Below, piece after piece: positions 1 through 12,168 of a stretch of DNA of 64,000 bases (positions are counted from its first letter, which is position 1; every line of letters starts with the position of its first letter). The notes below the pieces were generated by a model. The model was given only the letters and a program-made list of their open reading frames with translations. It did no database searches and had not been told where the DNA came from. Source of the stretch: TPA_inf: Saccharomyces (taxonomy: Eukaryota); contig BK006944.2 in assembly GCA_000146045.2 (NCBI GenBank), positions 160,001-224,000 on the forward strand, in the 5' to 3' direction. The translations under genes were made by a program, and so were the position numbers.

Positions 1-1342
1 TTTCATAGTCACGACCATTTCTTCTTCCCGTTCCTTTTAGCCTCGACGCATTTCCTTGAGAACCATCCCATGAAGTAGCGAGAAGTTTACCCTTCTTTAA
101 CTCTATACTGAATTTGGGACGCTTGATGCTTTTTTGAAAATTGCAGAACTTTAAGTCTTTACCCTCTTTATGAGTATAAAAGTTAGGATTTCCAACCTGT
201 AAGGGACATTTCCTTTGATGTGGACAAGGTGCAATCACCTTCAGAAAATAATTACTGGAAATGTTTCCTAATTCAGCATCTTTTTTGCCTCTGACTGTTA
301 CTCCCCTAGACCAAGGTCTTGGTATTTTTCCGAATTCATCTGGAAAGTTTTCAGGTCTAAGCGTAATTTGCCTTGCCCTGGCTATAATCTCGAATCCCAT
401 TGGGTTGCCTCGTTCAATAATAACAATGTGGCCTCCAGGCGCTAGAATATTTAAGTAGTGCTCAATATTTTCATCCACCTGAATTGGAAATTGATTCCCG
501 TCATGAAGAAGTTGATGCGTTAATATTATGAGGTCATATTCCTTAGATGCGGGAATAGAAGACCGCAAGTTAGTCATAATGTTTATCTTTTTTGTCATCA
601 CTTCTCCAATATGTTCATCCTCTTGAAAGTTTTTGTTCCGTCTATCTGTTTCCTGCTCTTTCTCTGTAGACACATTTTCTTCTACAGTATCGACCACCTC
701 GTTAAGTTGTCTGCTCAAAATGATTTTGGCTCTTTCTTGCATCTCCGCATTCCCTAAAATAACGGCATCTTTTAGATCAGGTCTATAATTTGGGCCTAAA
801 ATATCATTCAAGGCAACTATACCAGTCGCTGGGCCATATCCAACATCAAGGATTCTTTGAGGTTTAAAATTATCAGGACCTACCCTTTTTTGTAATTCTT
901 TCAGACTTTGGAAAATAGAACCATAATTTTGTAAAAAAATGGACGCTATATGTGCATCCACTTCCATTTTGGTTCTACAGGGACGATGTAATGAATTTGG
1001 TTCCTGAATCTCTTTGTAATAATTTGTAGCAACCCTTCTAAGATTATTGGGAATATGTACAGCCATAATATTATTGTTGATTGCTTTGCTTACATCAGGA
1101 TTCAACTCTAATTGGTCCCGGTACGACTGGCCCTGAAGTGTTTTGGAAAGTAATCTGAGCTCTTTAGAATTAGTTGCTTGAGTGGTGCTAGCGGTTTCAT
1201 CTCTGTACGACGGAAGAACATTGATTCCTCTTTTATTTGAGTCTATAAAATCCGCCAAATCTAACTTTGGTAAGTTTAAACTTGTGAACTTTGAGCTGAA
1301 CCGGACATTTTGTGGTAGGATACTGAAGCATCTTTTCATCAT
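1..1342 (-). CDS. RSM22: Mitochondrial small-subunit ribosomal protein / methyltransferase-like (N-terminal ~447 codons; gene continues past window start)
   Basis: Minus-strand frame, open from the window edge to ATG ATG at 1337-1342. Translation MMKRCFSILPQNVRFSSKFTSLNLPKLDLADFIDSNKRG...ILDVGYGPATG (SAM-methyltransferase-like GxGxG). Recognised as yeast Rsm22 (YKL155C). The ORF track omits it because the stop lies outside the window. Confidence 0.85.
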   Translation of the reverse strand, partial: MMKRCFSILPQNVRFSSKFTSLNLPKLDLADFIDSNKRGINVLPSYRDETASTTQATNSKELRLLSKTLQGQSYRDQLELNPDVSKAINNNIMAVHIPNNLRRVATNYYKEIQEPNSLHRPCRTKMEVDAHIASIFLQNYGSIFQSLKELQKRVGPDNFKPQRILDVGYGPATGIVALNDILGPNYRPDLKDAVILGNAEMQERAKIILSRQLNEVVDTVEENVSTEKEQETDRRNKNFQEDEHIGEVMTKKINIMTNLRSSIPASKEYDLIILTHQLLHDGNQFPIQVDENIEHYLNILAPGGHIVIIERGNPMGFEIIARARQITLRPENFPDEFGKIPRPWSRGVTVRGKKDAELGNISSNYFLKVIAPCPHQRKCPLQVGNPNFYTHKEGKDLKFCNFQKSIKRPKFSIELKKGKLLATSWDGSQGNASRLKGTGRRNGRDYE

Positions 1343-1600
1343 TTTACCTAAACTAGACGGGCCACCTTATGTCCTAAAGTGTCAGAGGTTTTGCTGCAAT
1401 ACTGTTCTTAATTTTTCACCATTCACTTTTTTCATCTAGTGGCGGAAAAAAATAAGAGATATGGAAAACAAATATGAACCATCATTAAACTTGAAAAAGA
1501 TGAGAAGAAAAGAAATAGTTAGGCTTTAAGTGTCTGTATTGATCAATTAATTATTACTTTACCACTGCTGTTTATTAGCATAATAGCACACGGGATCAGA

Positions 1601-2335
1601 ATGCTTAGTAATACACTTATTATTGCCTGTTTATTGGTGATAGGGACAACCATAGCGCTAATAGCAGTGCAAAAGGCATCCTCCAAGACAGGGATCAAGC
1701 AAAAAAGTTATCAACCATCTATTATCATTGCAGGTCCTCAAAATTCTGGAAAAACGAGCTTGCTTACGCTGCTAACCACAGATTCAGTAAGACCAACTGT
1801 TGTTTCTCAAGAACCGTTATCAGCAGCGGATTACGATGGTTCCGGCGTCACGTTAGTGGACTTCCCAGGCCATGTCAAGTTGCGTTATAAACTCTCAGAT
1901 TATTTGAAAACAAGAGCCAAATTTGTTAAAGGGTTGATATTTATGGTAGACTCAACAGTTGATCCTAAGAAATTAACAACAACAGCTGAGTTCTTGGTAG
2001 ACATATTATCAATTACTGAATCTAGTTGCGAAAATGGTATTGATATCTTAATTGCATGCAATAAAAGCGAATTGTTCACTGCAAGACCACCATCAAAGAT
2101 CAAGGATGCTTTAGAAAGCGAAATTCAAAAGGTTATTGAAAGAAGGAAAAAATCGTTGAACGAGGTTGAAAGAAAAATTAACGAAGAAGATTATGCAGAG
2201 AATACACTAGACGTTTTACAGTCTACCGACGGGTTCAAATTTGCAAATTTGGAAGCATCTGTAGTTGCTTTTGAGGGCAGTATTAATAAAAGAAAAATTT
2301 CCCAATGGCGCGAATGGATAGATGAAAAACTGTAA
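1601..2335 (+). CDS. SRP102: Signal recognition particle receptor beta subunit (Arf-like GTPase)
   Basis: ATG at 1601. 244 aa with an N-terminal TM segment and the GTPase P-loop AGPQNSGKTSLL. Matches yeast Srp102 (YKL154W) in length and sequence. Confidence 0.95.
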   Translation: MLSNTLIIACLLVIGTTIALIAVQKASSKTGIKQKSYQPSIIIAGPQNSGKTSLLTLLTTDSVRPTVVSQEPLSAADYDGSGVTLVDFPGHVKLRYKLSDYLKTRAKFVKGLIFMVDSTVDPKKLTTTAEFLVDILSITESSCENGIDILIACNKSELFTARPPSKIKDALESEIQKVIERRKKSLNEVERKINEEDYAENTLDVLQSTDGFKFANLEASVVAFEGSINKRKISQWREWIDEKL

Positions 2336-2486
2336 TATAATTATAATTTATAACTAGATGAACGATAGATAGTTTAAAAACAAGCATTTAACATAGCTCT
2401 AGATTCCGTACGCAGAGAAAGACATAGTTGCATCATCGACACATGCAATATCAAAAGTAACTCTTTTTGACTGCTGGTGTAAAAAA

Positions 2487-2558
2487 CACTCACGATGGGG
2501 GTCGAACCCATAATCTTCTGATTAGAAGTCAGACGCGTTGCCATTACGCCACGCGAGC
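2487..2558 (-). tRNA. tR(UCU)K: tRNA-Arg (anticodon UCU)
   Basis: The reverse complement GCTCGCGTGGCGTAATGGCAACGCGTCTGACTTCTAATCAGAAGATTATGGGTTCGACCCCCATCGTGAGTG folds as a cloverleaf. Acceptor stem, D arm GGCGTAATGGCAACGC, anticodon loop cT-TCT-Aa, T arm ATGGGTTCGACCCCCAT. No intron. Confidence 0.9.
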
Positions 2559-2830
2559 TAATATTTGTTTGATGTTCCAGCAGTTATATGATCTAATTAT
2601 GCGGGAAAATAATTGAAGATAAGTAGTTTGATGTATTTTTATTATAGTATTATATTTTCTGATTTGGTTATAGCAAGCAGCGTTTTTTTTCTTCTTTACC
2701 ATAATCATTGTACCAGGAAATTTTGTTCATAATTATTGTGTTGATTGTCAATGGTCAAAGGTACAACTAATGAAGATTAAATATGGTGAATAGGAGGCCT
2801 GCTAGCCACCGTACATTTAATATGTCCGCG

Positions 2831-3169
2831 TGTTGGAATAAAAATCAACTATCGTCATCAACTAGTGGTTATACTACCAGTATATTATCTTATATGGTGT
2901 CAAATGTGGACATGATGACATAAGGTATGAGAAACTGTCATCGAAGTTAGAGAAAGCTGAAATACAAGGATCAATAATGTAATAGGATAATGAAACATAT
3001 GAAATGGAATGAGGAACAATCGTGATATTATTATGTAGAAATATCGATTCCTTTTTGGGGATGCCTATATCCTCGAGGAGACACTTCCAGTATATTCTGT
3101 ATACATAATATAACAGCCTTTATCAACATTGGAATCCCAACAATTATCTCAAAATTCACCAACCTCTCA
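2831..3169 (+). mobile_element. Solo delta LTR (Ty1/Ty2 family), ~340 bp, ~270 bp upstream (5' side) of tRNA-Arg
   Basis: Begins TGTTGGAATAAAAATCAACTATCG and ends ...TCTCA, the TG...CA termini. Contains the delta hallmarks ...GGATTCC/ATATCCTCGAGGAGA... and ...AATGGAATCCCAACAATTATCTCAAAATTCACC.... No internal Ty coding sequence. The flanking 5-mers are not identical (CCGCG vs TGGCG), so this is an old insertion. Confidence 0.8.
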
Positions 3170-3599
3170 TGGCGCATATTCATCATGCATGTAACTACCA
3201 CATCAATGTTCAATCATGGACTTTTAACTAATCTTAAGTACTATTCGAACTGCCCATTCAGCTTTTCCCTTTGCAATTGGTGCACTCCTACTTGAACGAA
3301 TTCGCGGGGTGTACATTAAACTACGATGTAAACATCAAGGTTATTGCTATAACATGTCATGTCACCATTAATTACCACTCATTCCAACATACTGTCCCTG
3401 ACGAAAACTGTTTATGCGAGCGCAAAATGAACCTATTCAATTAATAATACTCCTCAAATTGCTACCACGACAGGCTGAAAAAAGATGTCGACGAATAATG
3501 TAATCGTGTCAAACAAACGTTATCTTGACTATATATAGCTACTTAATTTGAAATAATAAACTATACAAGTCTATATCATTGATATATTCAGTAAGAAAA

Positions 3600-4109
3600 A
3601 TGGAGGGAAAAAGAAATCATCAAATCATTCATTCTTCAGACTTATTTCTTACCTTGGTTGGCAACAGCAGCGGCACCAGCAGCGGCAGCTTCTGGGTCCA
3701 AGTAGTAAGATGGCTTAGATGGCTTCAAGTTTTCGTCCAATTCGAAGACCAATGGAATACCAGTTGGGATGTTCAACTTAGCAATGTCAGCATCAGAGAT
3801 ACCTTCCAAGTGCTTAACCAAACCTCTCAAGGAGTTACCGTGAGCGGCGATCATGACGGTCTTACCACTCAACAAGTCCTTGGCAATGACATCTTGCCAG
3901 TATGGCAACAATCTGTCAATGACCAAAGCCAAAGATTCAGTTTCTGGCAAGACATTTGGGTCAACGTACTTGTATCTTTCATCACCCTTTTGAGAGAATG
4001 GAGAAGAAGCGTCGATTGGGGGAGGTGGAACATCGAAGGATCTTCTGTAGGTGTTGAATTTTTCTTCACCGAACTTCTTCAAAGTTTCAGCCTTGTCCTT
4101 ACCTTGTAA
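3600..4109 (+). other. Dubious ORF antisense to GPM1 (YKL153W-like); unlikely to encode protein
   Basis: 169-codon ATG ORF lying entirely inside, and opposite to, the highly conserved GPM1 CDS. Low-complexity W/Q/V-rich translation. Confidence 0.12.
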
Positions 4110-4385
4110 GTCACCGTAATGTCTTTCGTTCAATCTCCAGGATCTGTTGACTGGAATCCATAATCTGTCAGCCTTTTCCAAAGCAATGTTAGCAGTTTGG
4201 ATAGCTCTGGACAACTTGGAAGTGTACAAGACGTCTGGGTAGACCTTCTTTTCCTTCAACAATTCACCGGCTCTAGCGGCTTCTTGTTGACCCTTGGCAG
4301 ACAATTTAACATCAACCCAACCGGTGAATAAGTTCTTTTCGTTCCATTCGGATTGACCGTGTCTAACTAAAACTAACTTTGGCAT
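3642..4385 (-). CDS. GPM1: Phosphoglycerate mutase (glycolysis)
   Basis: 247 aa: [26 protein letters not shown]... with the catalytic RHG motif. Ends ...[15 protein letters not shown]. Exact match to yeast Gpm1 (YKL152C). Confidence 0.97.
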   Translation of the reverse strand: MPKLVLVRHGQSEWNEKNLFTGWVDVKLSAKGQQEAARAGELLKEKKVYPDVLYTSKLSRAIQTANIALEKADRLWIPVNRSWRLNERHYGDLQGKDKAETLKKFGEEKFNTYRRSFDVPPPPIDASSPFSQKGDERYKYVDPNVLPETESLALVIDRLLPYWQDVIAKDLLSGKTVMIAAHGNSLRGLVKHLEGISDADIAKLNIPTGIPLVFELDENLKPSKPSYYLDPEAAAAGAAAVANQGKK

Positions 4386-4729
4386 TATTGTAATATGTGT
4401 GTTTGTTTGGATTATTAAGAAGAATAATTACAAAAAAAATTACAAAGGAAGGTAATTACAACAGAATTAAGAAAGGACAAGAAGGAGGAAGAGAATCAGT
4501 TCATTATTTCTTCTTTGTTATATAACAAACCCAAGTAGCGATTTGGCCATACATTAAAAGTTGAGAACCACCCTCCCTGGCAACAGCCACAACTCGTTAC
4601 CATTGTTCATCACGATCATGAAACTCGCTGTCAGCTGAAATTTCACCTCAGTGGATCTCTCTTTTTATTCTTCATCGTTCCACTAACCTTTTTCCATCAG
4701 CTGGCAGGGAACGGAAAGTGGAATCCCAT

Positions 4730-4790
4730 TTAGCGAGCTTCCTCTTTTCTTCAAGAAAAGACGAAGCTTGTGTGTGGGTGCGCGCGCTAG
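4730..4790 (-). promoter_or_regulatory. GPM1 upstream activating region: RAP1 site (TGTGTGGGTG, 4771-4780) with a GCR1 CTTCC box (4738-4742)
   Basis: A TG1-3-type RAP1 consensus plus a CTTCC pentamer about 350-400 bp upstream of the GPM1 ATG. This RAP1+GCR1 arrangement is the established UAS architecture of yeast glycolytic genes, GPM1 included. Confidence 0.45.
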
Positions 4791-4843
4791 TATCTTTCCA
4801 CATTAAGAAATATACCATAAAGGTTACTTAGACATCACTATGG

Positions 4844-4844
<1 letters not shown>

Positions 4845-4879
<35 letters not shown>
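4845..4879. repeat. (TA)17 dinucleotide microsatellite
   Basis: Uninterrupted TATATA... run in the GPM1 / YKL151C intergenic region. Confidence 0.95.
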
Positions 4880-4882
<3 letters not shown>

Positions 4883-4916
4883 ACTTAGCACCATCGCGCG
4901 TGCATCACTGCATGTG

Positions 4917-5930
4917 TTAACCGAAAAGTTTGGCGAACACTTCACCGACACGGTCATTTAGATCTGTCGTCTGCATTGCACGTCCCTTAGCCTTAAATCC
5001 TAGGCGGGAGCATTCTCGTGTAATTGTGCAGCCTGCGTAGCAACTCAACATAGCGTAGTCTACCCAGTTTTTCAAGGGTTTATCGTTAGAAGATTCTCCC
5101 TTTTCTTCCTGCTCACAAATCTTAAAGTCATACATTGCACGACTAAATGCAAGCATGCATGATATAGCTCCTGTCAAAGTATCACCTTGGCCTCCTACCC
5201 TCTTGTTGCTGCCCTCTTCGCTGTTCGTCAACATGTCTTTTTCACTATCGGGTGAGAATATCTTATCTGACTGACCTTTCTCCACCACAATACAATTCAA
5301 TTCCTGGGCGATCAAGCTGCCCATCTCGGAGTGAGAGTCTCCCTTCTTGCCTATGGCATCACATAGTCTTTTGAATTCTACCACATTGGGCGTCAAGATC
5401 ACTCTACCTTTGGGGTAGCTTTTCAGCATTTCTTTGACTTCGCTATCTTGAGTTACTAAGAACAGTCCATCAGCATCAATTACTAACGGGATCTTGCCCT
5501 CATGTTTTTCAAGTATATATCTTATGATATCCTTAATGGATTTTAACATTAGGGGGTCCCTACCCAAGCCGGGTCCAATTACCACAACGTGGATTCTATC
5601 CAATAAGGAATTGATTTTCTTCCTTTGTTCGTCCATATCAACGTCTAATTTGGTGTTACTCATACGAAGGTATGGATGAACCATTAGGTTTGGGGTGTAC
5701 GATTTAATGACCGTACCAGCGTTGTATTCGCAGATGACATGTGTCAAATCACAGCCCATCAAGGCTGTAGCATTGGCGCTGAAATACGGTGCCCCTGTAT
5801 AATCTTCGCATCCTCCAATAATGCAAACTCTCCCACCAGACTGTCCCTTATGAAACTTTGGCAATAAAGGTGGTATACATCTTTTCTGCGCCAACTTTAT
5901 CAATTCTCTATGAGACAATTCTGCTAACAT
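4917..5930 (-). CDS. NNR2: ATP-dependent NAD(P)HX dehydratase (YjeF C-terminal / carbohydrate-kinase-like domain)
   Basis: 337 aa: MLAELSHRELIKLAQKRCIPPLLPKFHKGQSGGRVCIIGGCEDYTGAPYFSANATALMGCDLTHVICE... Matches YKL151C in length and sequence. Confidence 0.9.
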   Translation of the reverse strand: MLAELSHRELIKLAQKRCIPPLLPKFHKGQSGGRVCIIGGCEDYTGAPYFSANATALMGCDLTHVICEYNAGTVIKSYTPNLMVHPYLRMSNTKLDVDMDEQRKKINSLLDRIHVVVIGPGLGRDPLMLKSIKDIIRYILEKHEGKIPLVIDADGLFLVTQDSEVKEMLKSYPKGRVILTPNVVEFKRLCDAIGKKGDSHSEMGSLIAQELNCIVVEKGQSDKIFSPDSEKDMLTNSEEGSNKRVGGQGDTLTGAISCMLAFSRAMYDFKICEQEEKGESSNDKPLKNWVDYAMLSCYAGCTITRECSRLGFKAKGRAMQTTDLNDRVGEVFAKLFG

Positions 5931-6104
5931 TTCCAGTGATACGGTAGTGATCGTATTGAACTGGTGTTGCTAATAAAATTTCACCGACGCCTATATACCT
6001 ATTTACACCTTTACATATATATCTACTAGATCACGTTGCAAGACCCATCACATCGCATCACATCACATCACTCCCTATTCTGCCCTTTACAGCGCAAAGG
6101 AGTC

Positions 6105-6119
6105 GTGTGTGGGTGTGTG
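6105..6119. promoter_or_regulatory. Telomere-like TG1-3 tract GTGTGTGGGTGTGTG (perfect RAP1 consensus) in the divergent YKL151C / MCR1 intergenic region
   Basis: 15-bp tract matching the RAP1 / C1-3A consensus. Immediately preceded (6044-6073) by degenerate CATCACAT(CG) tandem repeats. Confidence 0.35.
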
Positions 6120-6376
6120 CTCCTTTTGACGATCATAAGAGTCCATTTCTAGTATGCAAGCTGGTAACAATAGGTGAATGAATTAGGTTCATTTGCGATG
6201 ACCTTCAGTATCCCTCCACGCAATGCTAAACTATCCCCCTCATTATGACGCCTATATCGTATAAGGAACTTGTTACCCCTGACAATTCAAACTTCAAAGG
6301 TCTAAGACCAAACAAGCGTAGGAACTATCGCTCGGAGTGTTTCTCCGTTTGAAAAAAGAAGAGAAATAAGGGCCCT

Positions 6377-6384
6377 TGATTGGT
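6377..6384 (+). promoter_or_regulatory. HAP2/3/4/5 CCAAT-box (TGATTGGT) ~165 bp upstream of MCR1
   Basis: Exact match to the TNATTGGT consensus. MCR1 is a respiratory / mitochondrial gene. Confidence 0.4.
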
Positions 6385-6543
6385 GTCTTGTCGAGAGAGG
6401 TACGTATATAAGAATGCAGTTTGCTCGCAATGCCCGCTTGTGTTAAGTACTCTTACCTTTTCCCTCAATACTAACGTTTTGAAGCAGCCAAACTAACAAT
6501 AGTATAACGTATATAGGTTAAAATAATATTCCAAGTCAAAAAC

Positions 6544-7452
6544 ATGTTTTCCAGATTATCCAGATCTCACTCAAAAGCATTACCGATTGCTCTAGGTACA
6601 GTTGCTATAGCAGCTGCTACCGCATTCTATTTTGCAAACCGTAACCAACATTCCTTTGTCTTCAATGAATCTAATAAAGTGTTCAAAGGTGATGACAAAT
6701 GGATCGACTTGCCAATATCTAAAATAGAGGAGGAATCCCACGACACCAGAAGGTTTACTTTTAAGCTGCCTACCGAAGACTCAGAAATGGGGTTGGTCCT
6801 AGCATCTGCTCTGTTTGCTAAATTTGTCACACCAAAGGGATCCAATGTGGTGAGACCATACACTCCTGTGAGTGATCTTTCCCAGAAGGGTCACTTCCAG
6901 CTGGTCGTCAAGCATTATGAAGGTGGTAAAATGACCTCACATTTATTTGGTCTTAAACCAAATGACACCGTTTCTTTCAAGGGTCCTATTATGAAATGGA
7001 AGTGGCAACCTAATCAGTTCAAGTCAATCACCTTGTTAGGTGCCGGTACCGGTATCAACCCTCTGTACCAATTAGCTCATCATATAGTTGAAAACCCAAA
7101 CGACAAGACCAAAGTTAACTTGCTATATGGGAACAAGACTCCTCAGGACATTTTACTAAGGAAGGAACTGGATGCGTTGAAGGAAAAGTATCCTGACAAG
7201 TTCAATGTTACTTACTTTGTTGACGACAAGCAAGATGACCAAGACTTTGATGGTGAAATTAGTTTCATCTCCAAAGATTTTATTCAGGAGCATGTTCCAG
7301 GTCCAAAGGAAAGCACACATTTGTTTGTCTGCGGTCCCCCACCATTTATGAACGCTTACTCAGGTGAGAAGAAGTCACCTAAGGACCAAGGTGAATTGAT
7401 CGGTATCTTGAACAATTTGGGCTACTCCAAGGACCAAGTTTTCAAATTTTAA
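6544..7452 (+). CDS. MCR1: Mitochondrial NADH-cytochrome b5 reductase
   Basis: 302 aa with an N-terminal targeting/anchor segment and the FAD/NAD-binding motifs RPYTPVS and GAGTGINP. Matches yeast Mcr1 (YKL150W). Confidence 0.95.
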
Positions 7453-7611
7453 GCATGGAGGAAAGTAATTGATATTTTTTTTAATTTCGGATCGTTCAAA
7501 TTAGTAAATATATAAAAAATATATATATATTCATGTGTATGACTAAAAATTCTCTCAAGAAGGCTTGGCTTTAAGCTCTAATTCCGTCTGCATTCGTAAT
7601 AGAAATATCTC

Positions 7612-8829
7612 TCAAGTCATGAATTTAGAGATAAATGCTTTAGTTTGTCGTACTTCATCTTTCTGAATATCTAAGGTGTATGCAGGAATGGCATAATTTT
7701 CCCAATCAATATCCCTTCCTTCCTCTCTATTAGATTGAGACAGTTCTATCCAATTGACGCTATTAAACGGTTTATTGCTTAGGAGATTCTTATTTTTTTG
7801 ACAAATTACCAAATTATTGATAAATTCAGGATCCCAGAACATACGGTGATTCTCGTCCTTCCACGAAGCATGCGATGTATCCGGTTCTATTTCCAGAATT
7901 TCTAACCAACGTCTTCTTGGCAGGCACTTGTCCAACGCCAAGAACCGTGTCTCGCCGTATTTGGAATCATACTCATTCTCTTCTTGGCAATTCATAATAC
8001 CAGACCTTTCGTCCTCGTCACTGGATAAATCCAAATCTATTTCATTATTGTTTTTTTTTGTCTTTGAAGTTGACTTATTAGGCGGTTCGTGGCTTCTTTT
8101 ATTATGCTTAATGGAGGCCATGAACCTGACATGCAAATGGGCGCTCAACCACCATTGAGGCCGCAAATCTCTTAGTAGTTGCCAGGTCACTGGGCTGCCT
8201 AGTTTTCCCTCTTTAATATCTTGCTCAAAAAAAGGCTTAAGCTTCAACAAGTGCTTAGTATCGCCATGATAAACGACTCCATTGGGCCAATCGTGGCTCA
8301 GCATAATATCAATACGATGCTTGATCATAAAAAGAGGAGCAATATCAGAAATTCTTACATGATACAGATTTCTTATGTTAGCTTTCCAATTGTTATTTTC
8401 TAGGTCATTCCAATCTGGTCGTTGCTTATTGAAATCCCACTCTTTCCATATCCCGCTCAATGAACCTATCCTTATGCCTTTAAACCATATAACGTTAGAG
8501 TATCCCATATAAAAAATGTTCTTTGCTACATAACCACCATGTGGCAGAAGCATTAAATGTCTCATCGATTCATGATTACCGCCAATAAAAATAGTAGGGA
8601 CTGGGGCTTCAATCTCATTATTGTAGTATGATATGAAATCACCGAGTCTTTGATATTTTGGTGGTATGGCTATTGACTTAAAATCCTGACCATCACGAAT
8701 ACTTTGAAAATCTCCAAGAATAATTAATAGATCGATGGGAGTCTTCGCATGGATTCGTGACACTTCTTTATAAATTTGGTTTAGCTGACCATGACAGCAC
8801 CCTTGTACAGCAATTCGCAATTTAGTCAT
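7612..8829 (-). CDS. DBR1: RNA lariat debranching enzyme (metallophosphoesterase)
   Basis: 405 aa starting at the ATG at 8827-8829. MTKLRIAVQGCCHGQLNQIY...GDFQS...GGNHES metallophosphatase motifs. The listed ORF start at 8835 is a TTG two codons upstream. Confidence 0.95.
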   Translation of the reverse strand: MTKLRIAVQGCCHGQLNQIYKEVSRIHAKTPIDLLIILGDFQSIRDGQDFKSIAIPPKYQRLGDFISYYNNEIEAPVPTIFIGGNHESMRHLMLLPHGGYVAKNIFYMGYSNVIWFKGIRIGSLSGIWKEWDFNKQRPDWNDLENNNWKANIRNLYHVRISDIAPLFMIKHRIDIMLSHDWPNGVVYHGDTKHLLKLKPFFEQDIKEGKLGSPVTWQLLRDLRPQWWLSAHLHVRFMASIKHNKRSHEPPNKSTSKTKKNNNEIDLDLSSDEDERSGIMNCQEENEYDSKYGETRFLALDKCLPRRRWLEILEIEPDTSHASWKDENHRMFWDPEFINNLVICQKNKNLLSNKPFNSVNWIELSQSNREEGRDIDWENYAIPAYTLDIQKDEVRQTKAFISKFMT

Positions 8830-8995
8830 AAGCAAAATGATAAATGTCTGCCCATCTTAATTTTTAGTTACATATTTACGTTCGCCATATGACTTTCTCC
8901 TGCTCATTTTTTGTGAGGGCCAGAAAAACACACATCTGGCTAATGAGAAAAAAAATTGGAGAACTAAGGAAATGCCTCGATAAAAAATTGAAAGT

Positions 8996-9027
8996 AATAA
9001 ATAAATAAATAAATAAATAAATAAATA
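8996..9027. repeat. (AAAT)n tetranucleotide repeat (~8 units)
   Basis: ataaataaataaataaataaataaat in the DBR1 / SDH1 intergenic region. Confidence 0.9.
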
Positions 9028-9206
9028 GTAAGTTAATAAATAACTAAATAAATAGAGTATGTATAAGAAGAAACTTTATGTAAATGTATATTAATAGGTA
9101 TATATACAAATTAGTGAGTCAGTGGTAAAAAAGTGCAAACGCACAAAAAAAGTGCAATTAAAGAAGAGTATGATATTCTTTTCCGTAAAATACAATGAGG
9201 TTCAAA

Positions 9207-11192
<1,986 letters not shown>

Positions 11193-11439
11193 TTATCTTC
11201 AATAAGGGGTTGGGGAGGAGATTAGTGAAAAGAATATCGAAAGTGCAAAGTATACTACTGGTTAGTTATAATGTGTCTACTAGTTTATTAGTGCTATTTA
11301 AGCTTCAAGCCGCCTCGACGTGGCAAAAGGTTAGAGTCGAGGATGCCTGAATATATAACGGGTTTGAGCAAACAAACAACCAATAGAAGAGGCCCGGATC
11401 CCTTGGTCCAGCGCTTGCTCGGCGCCGCGTTCTGCGCTG

Positions 11440-11447
11440 TGATTGGT
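11440..11447 (+). promoter_or_regulatory. HAP2/3/4/5 CCAAT-box (TGATTGGT) ~310 bp upstream of SDH1, embedded in a GC-rich block
   Basis: Exact TNATTGGT consensus. SDH1 is a classic HAP-regulated respiratory gene. Confidence 0.45.
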
Positions 11448-11550
11448 CCACCCCCGCCCTCAAAGCCGTGACTCCATAACGACTTTCCAGCGAGCTTGGT
11501 ACCTGGCAATAGAGGATGATCCTCACCTCCGCTACTTTTGGGAGCTACTT

Positions 11551-12168
11551 TTAGCACGGAAAGGTATATTTTGGACTACTGTATGAGTAAATCCTTATAT
11601 AGACGACATTATTACTAAAGGTAGAGCGAGAGATAGTAAAAGGGTTGGTTACCCGGTCGGGCCTTTTTCTCGTATTATCATTTGTGCTCGTGAGGCTATG
11701 AAATAAGAAGGATCGATGGTCAGTAGTGAAAGAGTGGGAAGCAAAGTTTATTAAGAAGCGTATAAGGGATTGCATCGCGGATATGAATGGAAAAGAGGTT
11801 TCAAGTGGCTCTGGAAGAACGCAGAGCAACAACAACAAAAAAAATAACAACGGAGGCAGTACAGGAATCTCGCATGCGTCTGGCTCACCTTTAACGGACG
11901 GCAACGGTGGCAATAGCAACGGTAATAGTAGAAGTAGAAGCAGAAGTAGAAAATCTAGTGGAACTACAGGTGGTTTGCTAAAAAAGCCGCCGCTGCTTGT
12001 GAACAATGAAGCGGTGCATGCTAGCGTACCCGACGCGTCGCACACTTCCTGTAACAATGGCACGCTTGAAGTGAGCATAAATAACCCTGAGCCACATGTG
12101 GTAGATGCCGTGGCACGCCACTTGATAAGAAACCCGAGTAACAGCCTACAATTGCAAGGCGGAGACAT
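11551..12168 (-). other. Dubious ORF overlapping the AVT3 5' region (YKL147C-like)
   Basis: Low-complexity L/P-rich translation antisense to AVT3. No recognisable domain. Confidence 0.1.

Noticed and set aside
261-458. Short + strand ORFs (261-458, 1182-1439) inside or antisense to RSM22
   Set aside because: No domains. They lie opposite a conserved CDS and are typical random antisense ORFs.
6440-6486. Intron-like signals upstream of MCR1: GTTAAGTA at 6442, TACTAAC at 6468-6474, CAG at 6483-6485
   Set aside because: The 5' splice site is non-consensus (GTTAAG, not GTATGT). The 5'SS-to-branchpoint distance (~25 nt) is far shorter than any functional yeast intron. The MCR1 ORF is intact and complete without splicing.
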